Below, in pieces: positions 54,148 through 64,000 of a stretch of 64,000 nucleotides of DNA. The notes beneath the pieces are model-generated. The model did not search any database, had not been told where the DNA came from, and saw only the letters and a list, made by a program, of their open reading frames with translations. Position numbers and translations under genes: made by a program. The DNA is from an uncultured cyanobacterium (lineage in GTDB: Bacteria > Cyanobacteriota > Cyanobacteriia > PCC-6307 > Cyanobiaceae). Numbering within the stretch: position 1 is the first letter of the stretch; each line of letters opens with the position of its first letter. The DNA lies in assembly GCA_963697335.1 (NCBI GenBank), contig CAVONQ010000004.1, positions 1 to 64,000 of the forward strand, in the 5' to 3' direction.

Positions 54148-54618
54148 ATGCCCACCGACCCGATCCTGTTCAGCGCGGGGGAGTGGCTCGGCGCCGCCAG
54201 TGGGGTTCTGGCCCTGCTGACCATCGCCGGCTTCCTGCAGCGCTGGGGCATCCGCTTCCGCCTGGTGGGCATCACCAGCTTCACCGCGTTGCTGGCGCTC
54301 TCCTGCCTGGCCTTCGCGATCAGCTATCGCCCCCGGGTGACCGTGCCGGGGGCCCTGTCCGTGCCGGTGGTCTACGACAACGGCGGTGATCTGGTGATCG
54401 CCACCGCCGCCGCGGACTTCCCCCTGGAGGCGGCGCTGCCGAGCGTGGAGCAGGTGGCCCTGAACCTGCGCAACAGCGGTCGCAGCACCCCCACGGGGCT
54501 GGTGCACGTGCGGCTGCGGCGGATCGAGGCGATCGGCCCCGGGCTGAACGCGCCGGTGGTGCTGGCGGAAGCCACGCGCGACCTCAACACCGGAACGGTG
54601 GAGATCGACCCTGGCTGA
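54148..54618 (+). CDS. ycf51: Ycf51 family protein (DUF2518)
   Basis: WGIRFRLVGITSFT, VVYDNGGD, LRNSGR. Confidence 0.85.
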   Translation: MPTDPILFSAGEWLGAASGVLALLTIAGFLQRWGIRFRLVGITSFTALLALSCLAFAISYRPRVTVPGALSVPVVYDNGGDLVIATAAADFPLEAALPSVEQVALNLRNSGRSTPTGLVHVRLRRIEAIGPGLNAPVVLAEATRDLNTGTVEIDPG

Positions 54619-55033
54619 ATTCGACGCCAGCCTCCAGGGGGAGCCCCGCTGGAACCTGCCGGCCCACTTCGCCCGGGAGGAGCGCCAGCTCACGGCCGCC
54701 GGCATCGCAAGCTGGTCAGGACTGGCCGGCCTCGACGACGGCGCCCTGAGGCGACTGGGCCGGGCCGGGGGGGCCAGTGAGGCGCGGCTGGTCCGCCTGC
54801 GCGGCCAGGCCCGACTGGTGATCGACGTAGGCCTGGAGCCCTCCGAAGCCGCCCTGCTGCTGCACGCCGGCGTGCCCGATCGGTGCGCCCTGGCCGAGGC
54901 CGACCCCCAGCGACTGCTGGTGCAGATGGGCCGCCTGCAACGCAGCCTCACCGGCCTGGCAGCCCCGATGCTGAGCCTGGCCAGGCTGCGGCAGTGGATC
55001 CAGCGGGCCCGCGATCGCCGCACCAGAAACTGA
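54611..55033 (+). CDS. DUF4332 family protein (probable CTG start)
   Basis: Frame open from 54611: LAEFDASLQGEPRWNLPAHFAREERQLTAAGIASWSGLAGLDD..LRGQARLV..EAALLLHAG; ORF track reports only 54818 onward. Confidence 0.72.
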   Translation: MAEFDASLQGEPRWNLPAHFAREERQLTAAGIASWSGLAGLDDGALRRLGRAGGASEARLVRLRGQARLVIDVGLEPSEAALLLHAGVPDRCALAEADPQRLLVQMGRLQRSLTGLAAPMLSLARLRQWIQRARDRRTRN

Positions 55034-55070
55034 CCCCAGGCAGGGGAGTGACCGCCCGACCCCCATTCAA

Positions 55071-55442
55071 ATGGAGGGGAGCCGAGGAATCTCCATGTCC
55101 ATGGCCGCATCCAACTTGAACCAGCCTTTCGCCATCACCCAACGGCCTGGGCGTCGCCGTGCAGCTCCGGCCGTGGCCCTGCTGGTGGCTGCCCTGGCCC
55201 TGGGGCCGCTGCTGCTGAGCCAACCCGCCCGCAGCCAGTCCCAGCTGCTGGAGAGCGTCAAGCGCAATCCCGCCAAGGCCAAGCAGCTCTGTGCCCAGCT
55301 GCGCCAGATGAATGCTGACGGCGTGTCGTACACCAGCCGCAAGGCCACCCAGGTGATCGCCACCCAGGAAAACCTGAGCCCCGGCGATGCCGAGGTGCTC
55401 ACCACCTACGTGGTGGGCCTCCATTGCCCCGACGTGCGCTGA
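55071..55442 (+). CDS. Small secreted hypothetical protein with two Cys
   Basis: Hydrophobic signal ending in PARS; mature QSQLLESVKRNP..C..GLHCPDVR; start uncertain. Confidence 0.72.
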   Translation: MEGSRGISMSMAASNLNQPFAITQRPGRRRAAPAVALLVAALALGPLLLSQPARSQSQLLESVKRNPAKAKQLCAQLRQMNADGVSYTSRKATQVIATQENLSPGDAEVLTTYVVGLHCPDVR

Positions 55443-57143
55443 GTGGTCCCCCAGGCTGAGGGCTCCGGCCCACCCCCTCCCCGGGATCGCTGGCTCACCT
55501 GCCGAGATGGCGTGCGGCTGGTGAGCCGGATCTGGGAGCCTGAGGGAGAAGGCCCCTGGCCCGTGCTGTTGATGCGCCAGCCCTACGGCCGCGCCATCGC
55601 CTCCACGGTCACCTACGCCCACCCCCAGTGGTACGCCAGCCATGGCTTCCTGGTGGTGGTGCAGGACGTGCGGGGCCGGGGCGATTCCGAGGGGGAATTC
55701 GCCGGCTTCGCCCAGGAGGCCCGCGATGGCACGGACACCTTGCTGTGGGCCAGGCAACTCCCTGGCAGCAACGGTCGCCTCGGCTCCTATGGCTTCTCAT
55801 ACCAGGGAGTGTCACAGCTGCTGCTGGAAGCTGATGGCCCCCTGCCGGACTGCCTGGCCCCCGCCATGGCCGGACTCGATGAGCGCCTGCACTGGGCCAG
55901 CAGTGGCGGTGCTCACTGGTGGGCCCTCGGCCTCGGCTGGGGCCTGCAGCTGGCGGCGGAGGGCCTGCGGCGCCGCGGCGACAGCGAGGGCTGGCTCGAG
56001 ATCCGCGGCGCCCTTGACACGGGCCAGTTTCTGAGCACGGGCCCCGAGCTGCTGCAGCGCCACGACCCGGGCGGCATGGCCCTGCGCTGGCTGAACAGCG
56101 ATCCCGAACAGCCTGCCGCCTGGACCCACTTCAGCCCGCCCGAAGCCCTCTGGCGCCAGCCGATGCTGCTGATCGGCGGCTGGCACGACCCCCATCTCTC
56201 AGGGGTGCTGGACCTCTGGCAACAGGCCCGCCGTTGGGGCGGCCAGCCCCTGTTACGCCTCGGGGCCTGGAGCCATTTGCGCTGGGACGGAGGCCTCGAT
56301 GCGCTGCAACTCCGCTTTTTCCGCCACCACCTCCAGGACGTTCCCCTGGAGGTGGTGGCGGAAGAAGCGGTGGAAGCCGCCCAGGATCTGGCCCAGGCCG
56401 TGGCGGTCCAGGACAGCCGCGGTGGCCCCTGGCTGCGGAGCCAGAGCGAAGCGCCAGGTGGACCGGCCCAGGCCCCTGGGCCCTGCAGCTGGGAGCTCGG
56501 CAGTGCCGGGCTGGCTGGCGTGGACCCTCAGGAGGGCTGGCTGGCGGCCAGCGCCCCCGGCGGCGGAGTGGGCGGTGGCCGGGGCCAGCCGCGACAGCCC
56601 GTGAGCTGGGTGCACGATCCCTGGCGACCGGTGCCCGGGCGCGGTGGGCACCTGGGTCTCGATGCCGGCCTCTGCGAGCGCAGCGACCTGGATCTGCGCA
56701 CCGACGTGGCCTGCTTCAGCTCCGCTCCCCTTGAGGCCCCTGGTCTGATCGCCGGCTGGCCGCGGCTGGAGCTGCAGCTGGCGGCAGATCAGGACGGTTT
56801 CGACCTCTGCGCCGCCCTTTCGGTGCTGGAGTGCAGCGGGGCGGTGCGACAGCTCTGCACCGGCGTCTTGCGCCAGCGGGGCCCCGACTGCCGCCAGGTC
56901 CGCCCCCTGACCCTGAACCTGCAGGCCCTCTGGGCCCGGCTGGAGCCGGGGGAGCGGCTGCGGCTGTCCCTGGCTGGAGCGGCCTGGCCCCAGGTGGCCG
57001 TGAACCCCGGAACGGGAGAGCAGCCCTGGGGCGGTACCGACAGCCGCCACCGCGTCATCACCTACTGGCTGGCCACGGCGGAGTGCAGGCTGACCATCGC
57101 ACCCTTCGCCTGGACAGAAGCTGGGGCAAACTGTGGCCAATGA
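55443..57143 (+). CDS. CocE/NonD family hydrolase
   Basis: RDGVRL, LLMRQPYGR, QDVRGRGDSEG, GFSYQG, GGWHD. Confidence 0.9.
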   Translation: MVPQAEGSGPPPPRDRWLTCRDGVRLVSRIWEPEGEGPWPVLLMRQPYGRAIASTVTYAHPQWYASHGFLVVVQDVRGRGDSEGEFAGFAQEARDGTDTLLWARQLPGSNGRLGSYGFSYQGVSQLLLEADGPLPDCLAPAMAGLDERLHWASSGGAHWWALGLGWGLQLAAEGLRRRGDSEGWLEIRGALDTGQFLSTGPELLQRHDPGGMALRWLNSDPEQPAAWTHFSPPEALWRQPMLLIGGWHDPHLSGVLDLWQQARRWGGQPLLRLGAWSHLRWDGGLDALQLRFFRHHLQDVPLEVVAEEAVEAAQDLAQAVAVQDSRGGPWLRSQSEAPGGPAQAPGPCSWELGSAGLAGVDPQEGWLAASAPGGGVGGGRGQPRQPVSWVHDPWRPVPGRGGHLGLDAGLCERSDLDLRTDVACFSSAPLEAPGLIAGWPRLELQLAADQDGFDLCAALSVLECSGAVRQLCTGVLRQRGPDCRQVRPLTLNLQALWARLEPGERLRLSLAGAAWPQVAVNPGTGEQPWGGTDSRHRVITYWLATAECRLTIAPFAWTEAGANCGQ

Positions 57144-57922
57144 TCCCAGCGCTGCCGATGCGGTTTTCCCTGCCCCTCGCTGCGGGCCTGTTGCTGCTCG
57201 CCGGCGCACCCCCCATGCTCTCCCAGCCGGCCCAGGCCCCGCAGGGCGGGGCCGCCGCTGAAGCTGGCAACGGGCTCACGGTGGAGGAGGCCCGCGCAGC
57301 GGCGAACCGGATCCTGAAGGCGGTGCAGAGCCGCGATCCCAACCTCCGCTTTGCCCAGTTCTCCGACGAGCTCAAGGCGATCAGCAGCCCCCAGATGGTG
57401 GCTGAAACCATGCGCACCCAGCCGGAGCTGCTGAGTTGGACCCTGCTCAGCGTGAGGAGTGGCCTCGAGTCCACCACCGTGGAGGCCAGTCTCACCACCA
57501 GTGACGGGGTGCAGGACCTGTTCATCGTGCTCAACCCCGAGGGTGAGCTCACCGGTTATCACGTCGACCTCACCGATGCCAAGGCCAGCCGGGTGGCGGC
57601 GGACTTTGTGCGCTCCCTGAGCCGGGGGCACTTCATCAGTGCCCGTAGTTTCCTCTCCCTTCCGCTTCAGGAGGAGCTCACCACGGCCACGCTCCAATCG
57701 CGCTGGCTGCAACTGCAGCGAAGCACCGGCAACTTCGTGCGGGTGGTGCGGGTGATCGAGGCCAGCCAATCCGAAGGCAGTCAGCTGGTGCTGGTCAACA
57801 CCGAGTTCAACCGGCTCACCGACAACCTCTTCGTGATCCTCAACAGCAACAACGAGATCACCGGGGTGGATTTTCCCCAGGATCCCAACCCACCGCAGAA
57901 AGCCCCGGCTCCAGCCCGCTGA
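57140..57922 (+). CDS. DUF3887 domain secreted protein
   Basis: Signal peptide; AADFVRSLSRGHFISARSFLS..LQSRW; ATGA overlap with the upstream gene. Confidence 0.78.
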   Translation: MIPALPMRFSLPLAAGLLLLAGAPPMLSQPAQAPQGGAAAEAGNGLTVEEARAAANRILKAVQSRDPNLRFAQFSDELKAISSPQMVAETMRTQPELLSWTLLSVRSGLESTTVEASLTTSDGVQDLFIVLNPEGELTGYHVDLTDAKASRVAADFVRSLSRGHFISARSFLSLPLQEELTTATLQSRWLQLQRSTGNFVRVVRVIEASQSEGSQLVLVNTEFNRLTDNLFVILNSNNEITGVDFPQDPNPPQKAPAPAR

Positions 57923-57992
57923 AGCCCAGCCGAACACGGGTCCTTGAGGGCGGATCGGCCGCCTAAGGTCAGATCCCCCGAGCAGTGTCTCA

Positions 57993-60305
57993 ATGGCGGT
58001 CCCCACTGTGGAGTGGATGGTCGACGATGGTCGGCGCCTGGCGGAGTGCCGCCATGACCATCCCTTTGCCGTGCTGGGCCCCCAGCCCATCGAGGGCGGC
58101 CGCTGGGTGGTGCGGGCCTGGCTGCCGGAAGCGGAGCAGGTGGGCCTGCGGAGCGGCGAGCTCAGCCTGCCGATGAGCACACCCCATCACCCCTGGGTGT
58201 TCGAGGCGGAGCTGCCCCACGACCCCGGCGCCACCTATCGGCTGCAGGTGCAGCGGGGCGGCATCAGCCACGAGGCCCACGACCCCTGGGCGTTCAGGCA
58301 GGAGTGGATGGGGGAGCTGGATCGCCACCTGTTCGCCCAGGGCAACCACCACCACATCTGGCACCGCATGGGGGCCCATCGGCTGGAGCGGGACGGTGTC
58401 GCCGGCGTGATGTTCTGCCTCTGGGCGCCCAATGCCCGCAGCGTGGCGGTGCTGGGCCCCTTCAACAGCTGGGATGGTCGCCACCATCCGATGCAGTCGC
58501 GGCTGGGGGGCTGCTGGGAACTGTTCATCCCCGGGCTGGACACCGGCGCGATCTACAAATACGAGGTGCGCTCCCAGGCGGGCCACTGCTACCAGAAGGC
58601 AGACCCCTACGGCTTCCGCCACGAGGTGCGACCTGCCAACGCCTCGATCGTGGAGCCGCTGGGTCACTTCCCCTGGAGCGACGGCGACTGGATGGGCCAG
58701 CGGGACAGCCGCAATCCCCTGGATCAGCCGATCTCGGTGTACGAGATGCACCTCGGCAGCTGGATGCACGGCAGCGCCGATCAGCCCTTCCTGGAGGCGG
58801 ACGGCCAGGCCAGAACGCCGATCCCTGCCGCAGACCTGAAACCGGGAGCGCGGCTGCTCACCTATCCGGAGCTGGCCGACAGGCTGATCCCCTACGTGAA
58901 GGCCCGGGGCTTCACCCACATCGAGTTGATGCCGATCTCCGAGCATCCCTTCGATGGCTCCTGGGGCTATCAGGTGACGGGCTGGTACGCCCCCACCAGC
59001 CGCTACGGCACGCCGGATGAATTCCGCGCCTTCGTGAACCGCTGCCATGCCGAGGGGCTGGGCGTGATTCTCGACTGGGTACCCGGCCACTTCCCCAAGG
59101 ATGCCCACGGGCTGGCGTTCTTTGATGGCGCCCACCTCTACGAGCATGCCGATCCGCGGATCGGTGAGCACAAGGAATGGGGCACCCTGATATTCAACTA
59201 CAGCCGCAATGAGGTGCGCAACTTCCTCGTGGCCAACCTGATCTATTGGTTTGAGGAGTTCCACATCGATGGCATTCGCGTTGATGCCGTGGCCTCGATG
59301 CTCTACCGCGACTATCTGCGCCCCGATGGGGAGTGGCTGGCCAACGACCAGGGGGGACGCGAGAACACCGAAGCGGTGCTGTTCCTGCAGCAGGCCAATC
59401 ATGTGCTGTTCCAGCACTTTCCCGGGGCCCTTTCCATTGCTGAGGAGTCCACAACCTGGCCCATGGTCACCCAGCCCACAGACATCGGCGGCCTCGGCTT
59501 CAACCTCAAGTGGAACATGGGCTGGATGCACGACATGCTCGATTATTTCGAGCTGGATCCATTGCATCGTCAGTTCCACCAGAACAACGTCACGTTTTCG
59601 ATCTGGTATGCCTACACCGAGAACTTCATGCTGGCCCTGAGCCATGATGAGGTGGTGCACGGCAAGAGTCACCTGCTGCACAAGATGCCTGGTGATGACT
59701 GGCAGAAGTTCGCCAACGTGCGCGCTCTGCTCGCCTACATGTGGACCCACCCCGGCAAGAAGACGATCTTCATGGGCATGGAGTTCGGCCAACGCTCCGA
59801 GTGGAATGTGTGGGGTGACCTGCAGTGGGATCTGCTCAACCACGCCCCCCATCAGGGCATCCAGCACCTCGTGGATGACCTCAACAGCTTCTACCGTTCG
59901 GAGCGGGCGCTCTGGGGCGACGACTTCGACGAGTACGGCTTCCAGTGGATCGATTGCAGTGACAACCGCCACTCCGTGATCAGCTTCATGCGGCGCGAGA
60001 GTGTCACCGGGCACTGGCTGGTGGTGGTGGCCAACTTCACACCCCAGAGCCACTCCCACTACCGCATCGGCGTGCCTGTGGAGGGCTTTTACAGCGAGGT
60101 GTTCAACACCGACGCCGAGCGCTACGGCGGCAGCAACCTCGGCAACCTCGGCGGCCGCTACACCGAGGAGTGGGCCCTGCACGGATACGAGCACTCCCTG
60201 GATCTGTGCTTGCCCCCCCTGGCCGTGCTGGTGTTCCAGTGGGATGAGAAGCGCAGCCAGAGGGTCTGTGACGAACGGACCGCCGAAGCCCTGCCGGCCG
60301 CCTGA
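57993..60305 (+). CDS. glgB: 1,4-alpha-glucan branching enzyme
   Basis: [41 protein letters not shown]. Confidence 0.98.
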   Translation: MAVPTVEWMVDDGRRLAECRHDHPFAVLGPQPIEGGRWVVRAWLPEAEQVGLRSGELSLPMSTPHHPWVFEAELPHDPGATYRLQVQRGGISHEAHDPWAFRQEWMGELDRHLFAQGNHHHIWHRMGAHRLERDGVAGVMFCLWAPNARSVAVLGPFNSWDGRHHPMQSRLGGCWELFIPGLDTGAIYKYEVRSQAGHCYQKADPYGFRHEVRPANASIVEPLGHFPWSDGDWMGQRDSRNPLDQPISVYEMHLGSWMHGSADQPFLEADGQARTPIPAADLKPGARLLTYPELADRLIPYVKARGFTHIELMPISEHPFDGSWGYQVTGWYAPTSRYGTPDEFRAFVNRCHAEGLGVILDWVPGHFPKDAHGLAFFDGAHLYEHADPRIGEHKEWGTLIFNYSRNEVRNFLVANLIYWFEEFHIDGIRVDAVASMLYRDYLRPDGEWLANDQGGRENTEAVLFLQQANHVLFQHFPGALSIAEESTTWPMVTQPTDIGGLGFNLKWNMGWMHDMLDYFELDPLHRQFHQNNVTFSIWYAYTENFMLALSHDEVVHGKSHLLHKMPGDDWQKFANVRALLAYMWTHPGKKTIFMGMEFGQRSEWNVWGDLQWDLLNHAPHQGIQHLVDDLNSFYRSERALWGDDFDEYGFQWIDCSDNRHSVISFMRRESVTGHWLVVVANFTPQSHSHYRIGVPVEGFYSEVFNTDAERYGGSNLGNLGGRYTEEWALHGYEHSLDLCLPPLAVLVFQWDEKRSQRVCDERTAEALPAA

Positions 60306-60361
60306 AGCCCAGACCTGCTCAGGTAGGTTCCCTCCAAGGACCCCACTCCACCCCTCTGCCG

Positions 60362-61420
60362 ATGGCCCCGAACGCCCCCCTGCTGCTGCGCGCCGCCCGA
60401 GGTGAGCAGGTGGAGCGACCACCAGTGTGGATGATGCGCCAGGCGGGGCGCTACATGAAGGTCTACCGCGACCTGCGCGACCGCCATCCCGGCTTCCGCG
60501 AGCGCTCGGAGAATCCCGATCTCTCCTACGAGATCTCGATGCAGCCCTACCGGGCCTTCCAGCCCGACGGGGTGATCCTGTTCTCCGACATCCTCACGCC
60601 CCTGCCCGGCATCGGCATCGACTTCGACATCATCGAGAGCAAAGGGCCCGTGATCGAGCCCGCCATCCGCAGCCAGGCCCAGGTGGATGCCCTGCGGCCC
60701 CTCAATCCTGCCGAGGCTCTGCCGTTCGTGGGCGAGGTGCTGGGCCGGCTGCGGGCTGAGGTGGGCAACGCCGCCGCCGTGCTCGGCTTCGTGGGGGCTC
60801 CCTGGACCCTGGCCGCCTACGCGGTGGAGGGCAAGAGCTCCAAGACCTATTCAGTGATCAAGGCGATGGCCTTCCAGGAGCCGGCGCTGCTGCATCAGCT
60901 GCTGGGCCATCTGGCCGATGCCATCGCCACCTATGTGCGCTACCAGATCGATTCCGGTGCCCAGGTGGTGCAGCTGTTCGATTCCTGGGCCGGCCAGCTC
61001 AGCCCGATCGACTACGACGTGTTCGCCGCCCCGTACCAGAAGCGGGTGATTGATCAGGTGAAGGCCACCCACCCCGACACCCCCCTGATCCTCTACATCT
61101 CCGGCAGCGCCGGCGTGCTGGAGCGCATGGCCAGCACCGGGGTCGACTTCATCTCCCTCGACTGGACCGTGGACATGGCCGACGGCTGCGCCCGGCTGCC
61201 CGAGCACCTGGGCGTGCAGGGCAATGTGGATCCGGGCCTGCTGTTCGGCACACCGGAGGCGATCCGTGAGCGCATCCTCGACACGGTGCGCAAGGCCCGC
61301 GGCCGCCGCCACATCCTCAACCTCGGCCACGGCATCCTGCCGGGCACCCCGGAAGACAATGCGCGCGTCTTCTTCGAAACCGGCAAGGCGGTGAGCGAGC
61401 TGCTCGGAGCTGCCGTTTGA
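60362..61420 (+). CDS. hemE: Uroporphyrinogen decarboxylase
   Basis: [33 protein letters not shown]. Confidence 0.98.
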   Translation: MAPNAPLLLRAARGEQVERPPVWMMRQAGRYMKVYRDLRDRHPGFRERSENPDLSYEISMQPYRAFQPDGVILFSDILTPLPGIGIDFDIIESKGPVIEPAIRSQAQVDALRPLNPAEALPFVGEVLGRLRAEVGNAAAVLGFVGAPWTLAAYAVEGKSSKTYSVIKAMAFQEPALLHQLLGHLADAIATYVRYQIDSGAQVVQLFDSWAGQLSPIDYDVFAAPYQKRVIDQVKATHPDTPLILYISGSAGVLERMASTGVDFISLDWTVDMADGCARLPEHLGVQGNVDPGLLFGTPEAIRERILDTVRKARGRRHILNLGHGILPGTPEDNARVFFETGKAVSELLGAAV

Positions 61421-62466
61421 GGCCAGGGGTGCAACGGCCCCAACGCATCCTGATCACCGGCGCCAGCGGCTGCGTCGGCCAGTACATCGCCGAGCTGCTC
61501 TACCGGGAGACCGACGCCGAGCTGCTGCTGCTGCTGCGCGATCCGGCCAAACTCACGGCGCTGCCCCAGGACGATCCCCGGGTGACCCTGGTGGTGGCCG
61601 ACCTGCGCGAGCTGGGTAAACCAGGTCAGGAGGCCGTATCGGCCGCCATCGGCTCGGCGACCCGGATCATCCACACGGCCACGGCCTGGGGGGATCCCGA
61701 GCGGGCCCAGCGAGTCAACGTGGAGGCCGTCAAGATCCTGCTCAACCTCACCGATTCGGAGCGGCTGGAGCAGGTGATCTATTTCTCCACCGCCTCGCTG
61801 CTGGATCGCCGCCTGCACCTGCTGCCCGAGGCGAGCCGCTACGGCACCGAGTACATCCAGACCAAGGCCCTCTGCCTGCAGCAGTTGGAGCACCACCCCC
61901 TGGCGAGTCGCATCGTGGCGGTGTTTCCCACCCTGGTGTTCGGTGGGCGGGTCGATGGGAGCGGCCCCTTCCCCACCAGCTACCTCACCGCCGGCCTGGG
62001 GGAGGCGGCCCGCTGGCTGTGGCTGGCCCGCTGGCTGCGGGCTGACGCCTCCTTCCACTTCATCCACGCGGCCGACATCGCCCGGGTGTGCGTGCACCTG
62101 GCCACCCAGCCCCACCAGGCCAACCCGGAACCGGCCCAGGGACCACTGCGCCGTCTGGTGCTGGGCCAGCCCGCCGTGACCGTCAATGAGACCGTGCGGC
62201 AACTGGGCCGCTGGCGGGGCCGCTGGATCCCGGCCTTCGGCCTCGACCTGCGCGGCTGGCTGGTGGAGGGCCTGATCAAGCTGCTGCGGATCGAGATGAC
62301 GGCCTGGGACCGCTTTTCGATACGCCAGCGCCATTTCGTGCACCAGCCGATCAGCCCACCGGAACGCTTCGGCGAGGTCAGCCACGCGCCCACGCTGGAG
62401 GCGGTCTTCGCCGATGCGGGCCTACCGCAGCGGGGCCCGCTGCCGCCGCCGCCCAGCCGGGAGTAA
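61417..62466 (+). CDS. NAD(P)-dependent epimerase/dehydratase family
   Basis: [22 protein letters not shown] (YxxxK). Confidence 0.88.
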   Translation: MRPGVQRPQRILITGASGCVGQYIAELLYRETDAELLLLLRDPAKLTALPQDDPRVTLVVADLRELGKPGQEAVSAAIGSATRIIHTATAWGDPERAQRVNVEAVKILLNLTDSERLEQVIYFSTASLLDRRLHLLPEASRYGTEYIQTKALCLQQLEHHPLASRIVAVFPTLVFGGRVDGSGPFPTSYLTAGLGEAARWLWLARWLRADASFHFIHAADIARVCVHLATQPHQANPEPAQGPLRRLVLGQPAVTVNETVRQLGRWRGRWIPAFGLDLRGWLVEGLIKLLRIEMTAWDRFSIRQRHFVHQPISPPERFGEVSHAPTLEAVFADAGLPQRGPLPPPPSRE

Positions 62467-62573
62467 GGGGATGCGCTGCCATGTCGCAAATGTTTCGAAG
62501 CTCGGCGTCGCCAAGCACAGGAGCCACTGCAGCGCTTAGGTTTTTGGTTAGCCCATGCCTGATGCGCCCCTCC

Positions 62574-62915
62574 ATGCGCCGTCTCTTTTCCCTGATTGCT
62601 CTCTGCCTCGCCCTGGTGTTGGGTGCAGCCCCCAGCTATGCCGCTGATGTCGCCCACGGCGGCCAGCTCTTCTCCGCCAACTGCGCCGCCTGCCACATGG
62701 GCGGCGGCAATGTGGTGAATGCGGAGCGCACCCTCAAGCAGGACGCCCTCCAGGCCTACCTGGCTGATTACAGCAGCGACCACGAAGCCGCCATCGCCTA
62801 CCAGGTGACCAACGGCAAGAACGCCATGCCTGCCTTCGGCGGCAAGCTCAGCGAAGGCGACATCGCCGACGTGGCCGCCTACGTGGAAGACATGGCTGGC
62901 AAGGGCTGGGCCTGA
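62574..62915 (+). CDS. petJ: Cytochrome c6
   Basis: Signal peptide, [18 protein letters not shown] (CxxCH), [10 protein letters not shown]. Confidence 0.93.
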   Translation: MRRLFSLIALCLALVLGAAPSYAADVAHGGQLFSANCAACHMGGGNVVNAERTLKQDALQAYLADYSSDHEAAIAYQVTNGKNAMPAFGGKLSEGDIADVAAYVEDMAGKGWA

Positions 62916-62965
62916 GTCCCCGGTCTTGCCAACACCGACAGGTGGGCCAACGACCTGTAGCAACC

Positions 62966-62991
62966 GCCCCGGTCAACACTGGGGCTTTTTT
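62966..62991 (+). terminator. Rho-independent terminator of petJ
   Basis: GCCCCGGT-CAAC-ACTGGGGC followed by TTTTTT. Confidence 0.85.
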
Positions 62992-63040
62992 CTTGCCTTC
63001 CTGGTCGTGGTGACCTCGGCGGCAGGCTGAGGGTTCTCCA

Positions 63041-63259
63041 TCAGGACGCAGCCGAATCCCGTTTGCGGAGCGCAAGAACGGCCAGATACAGATCCTCCGG
63101 CACCTCGCGGATGTCGTATTCACTCGGCGGCACCCCGTGCACATGGCGATGCACCGCCATCCAGCAATTGCGCTCAGGGTCGCGCCCCGTGGCGTCAAAT
63201 TCCCTGGAGGCCTCCACCAGCTCGGCGATCAACTCCTGGGTGTAGGCGGGGGCGTCCAT
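63041..63259 (-). CDS. Small hypothetical protein (72 aa)
   Basis: MDAPAYTQELIAELVEAS..NCWMAVHRHVHGVPPSEYDIREV; coding-like codon usage. Confidence 0.7.
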   Translation of the reverse strand: MDAPAYTQELIAELVEASREFDATGRDPERNCWMAVHRHVHGVPPSEYDIREVPEDLYLAVLALRKRDSAAS

Positions 63260-63342
63260 GCCGAGCTCCATCACGGGTGACTGCGGCGCCACGGTACGGG
63301 CGTCGAAACCAGGCCAGAGTAGATGCCAGTGCTGGAGCCACG

Positions 63343-63624
63343 ATGGCCAATCCCTGCCGGGCCTTGATGATGGGCCTGGCCATGAGCCTGGCCTTACCCC
63401 ACGGCCTGCCCGCCCAGGCCCAGAGGGTGATCACGGGTGGCTGCCCCCTGCTGGTGCCAGCGAGTCAACGGGAGCTGCAGCCCAAGCGCCTGCCCGCCAA
63501 CCAGGTGATCGGCAAAAACGAGCTCGGTTGTCTCTCGCCCCATGACGCGATCTATGGGACCGACGGCTGCCCGCTGCGGCTGTGTGGCCCCAACGCCGGG
63601 GTGATTCAGCTGCCTGAGCCGTAG
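63343..63624 (+). CDS. Small secreted Cys-containing hypothetical protein
   Basis: Signal peptide ending in AQA; four Cys in the mature part. Confidence 0.6.
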   Translation: MANPCRALMMGLAMSLALPHGLPAQAQRVITGGCPLLVPASQRELQPKRLPANQVIGKNELGCLSPHDAIYGTDGCPLRLCGPNAGVIQLPEP

Positions 63625-64000
63625 GCCACCTGGCAGACGGCGTTGAGCAGCTGGGCCTGTTGCACCGAAGCCGGCACCCGGCCGTTGAGCAAGCCCTGCT
63701 GGCAGTTGGCGGCACCACTGAGCTGGCCGCTGCCCTCCAGGTTGTAGTTGAAGCTCACCCCGCCCGTGCCCACACTCTCCACGGAGCCGTAGTCGAGCTG
63801 AATGCCGGTCTGGGGCACCACGATCACGGTGGACTGCTGATCCGCAGCGGCATTCACCAACGAGCCGATCGCGGCCCCCGTGGCCAGGCCCGCCACGCCC
63901 CAGGCAGCGGCGCTCTCCCCCCACCAGCCCCAGCCGCCCCAGCCGCCGTACCAGCCGTGGTTCCAGGGGCGGCTGTTCCAGTAGCCGCCACCACGCCAGC
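63606..64000 (-). CDS. 3' part of a Gly/Trp-rich hypothetical protein (continues beyond the window)
   Basis: Frame open from the window edge: WRGGGYWNSRPWNHGWYGGWGGWGWWGESAAAWGVAGLATGAAIG..C..C. Confidence 0.75.
   Translation of the reverse strand, partial: WRGGGYWNSRPWNHGWYGGWGGWGWWGESAAAWGVAGLATGAAIGSLVNAAADQQSTVIVVPQTGIQLDYGSVESVGTGGVSFNYNLEGSGQLSGAANCQQGLLNGRVPASVQQAQLLNAVCQVAYGSGS

Overview
GC-rich (about 70%) chromosomal segment of a picocyanobacterium, most like Cyanobium / freshwater Synechococcus (inferred from gene content and the psbA N-terminus). It is mostly core genome: tRNA-Pro(GGG), acs, sds, murI, amidase, comB, ubiD, aroA, glmU, murF, glgA, menBD, lepB, an Mn/Zn ABC transporter, psbA (D1:1-type, Q130), trpS, thrS, glk, thrB, ndhD, prlC, folB, proA, tamB, ycf51, glgB, hemE and petJ. 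I found no integrase, transposase, prophage, CRISPR array or defence system. Best leads: (i) a ~250-nt, highly structured leader with mutually exclusive pairings upstream of a signal-peptide-bearing lambda-type lysozyme; (ii) genes the ORF track misses or truncates (two clear +1 frameshifts, a probable third at the 5' end of proA, and a probable CTG-initiated DUF4332 gene); (iii) a structured psbA leader, an N322T substitution in D1 and an Mn-transporter operon directly behind psbA; (iv) a sugar-kinase-like/DOMON-like gene pair and several small orphan proteins. All product calls come from motif recognition by eye; no database search was run.
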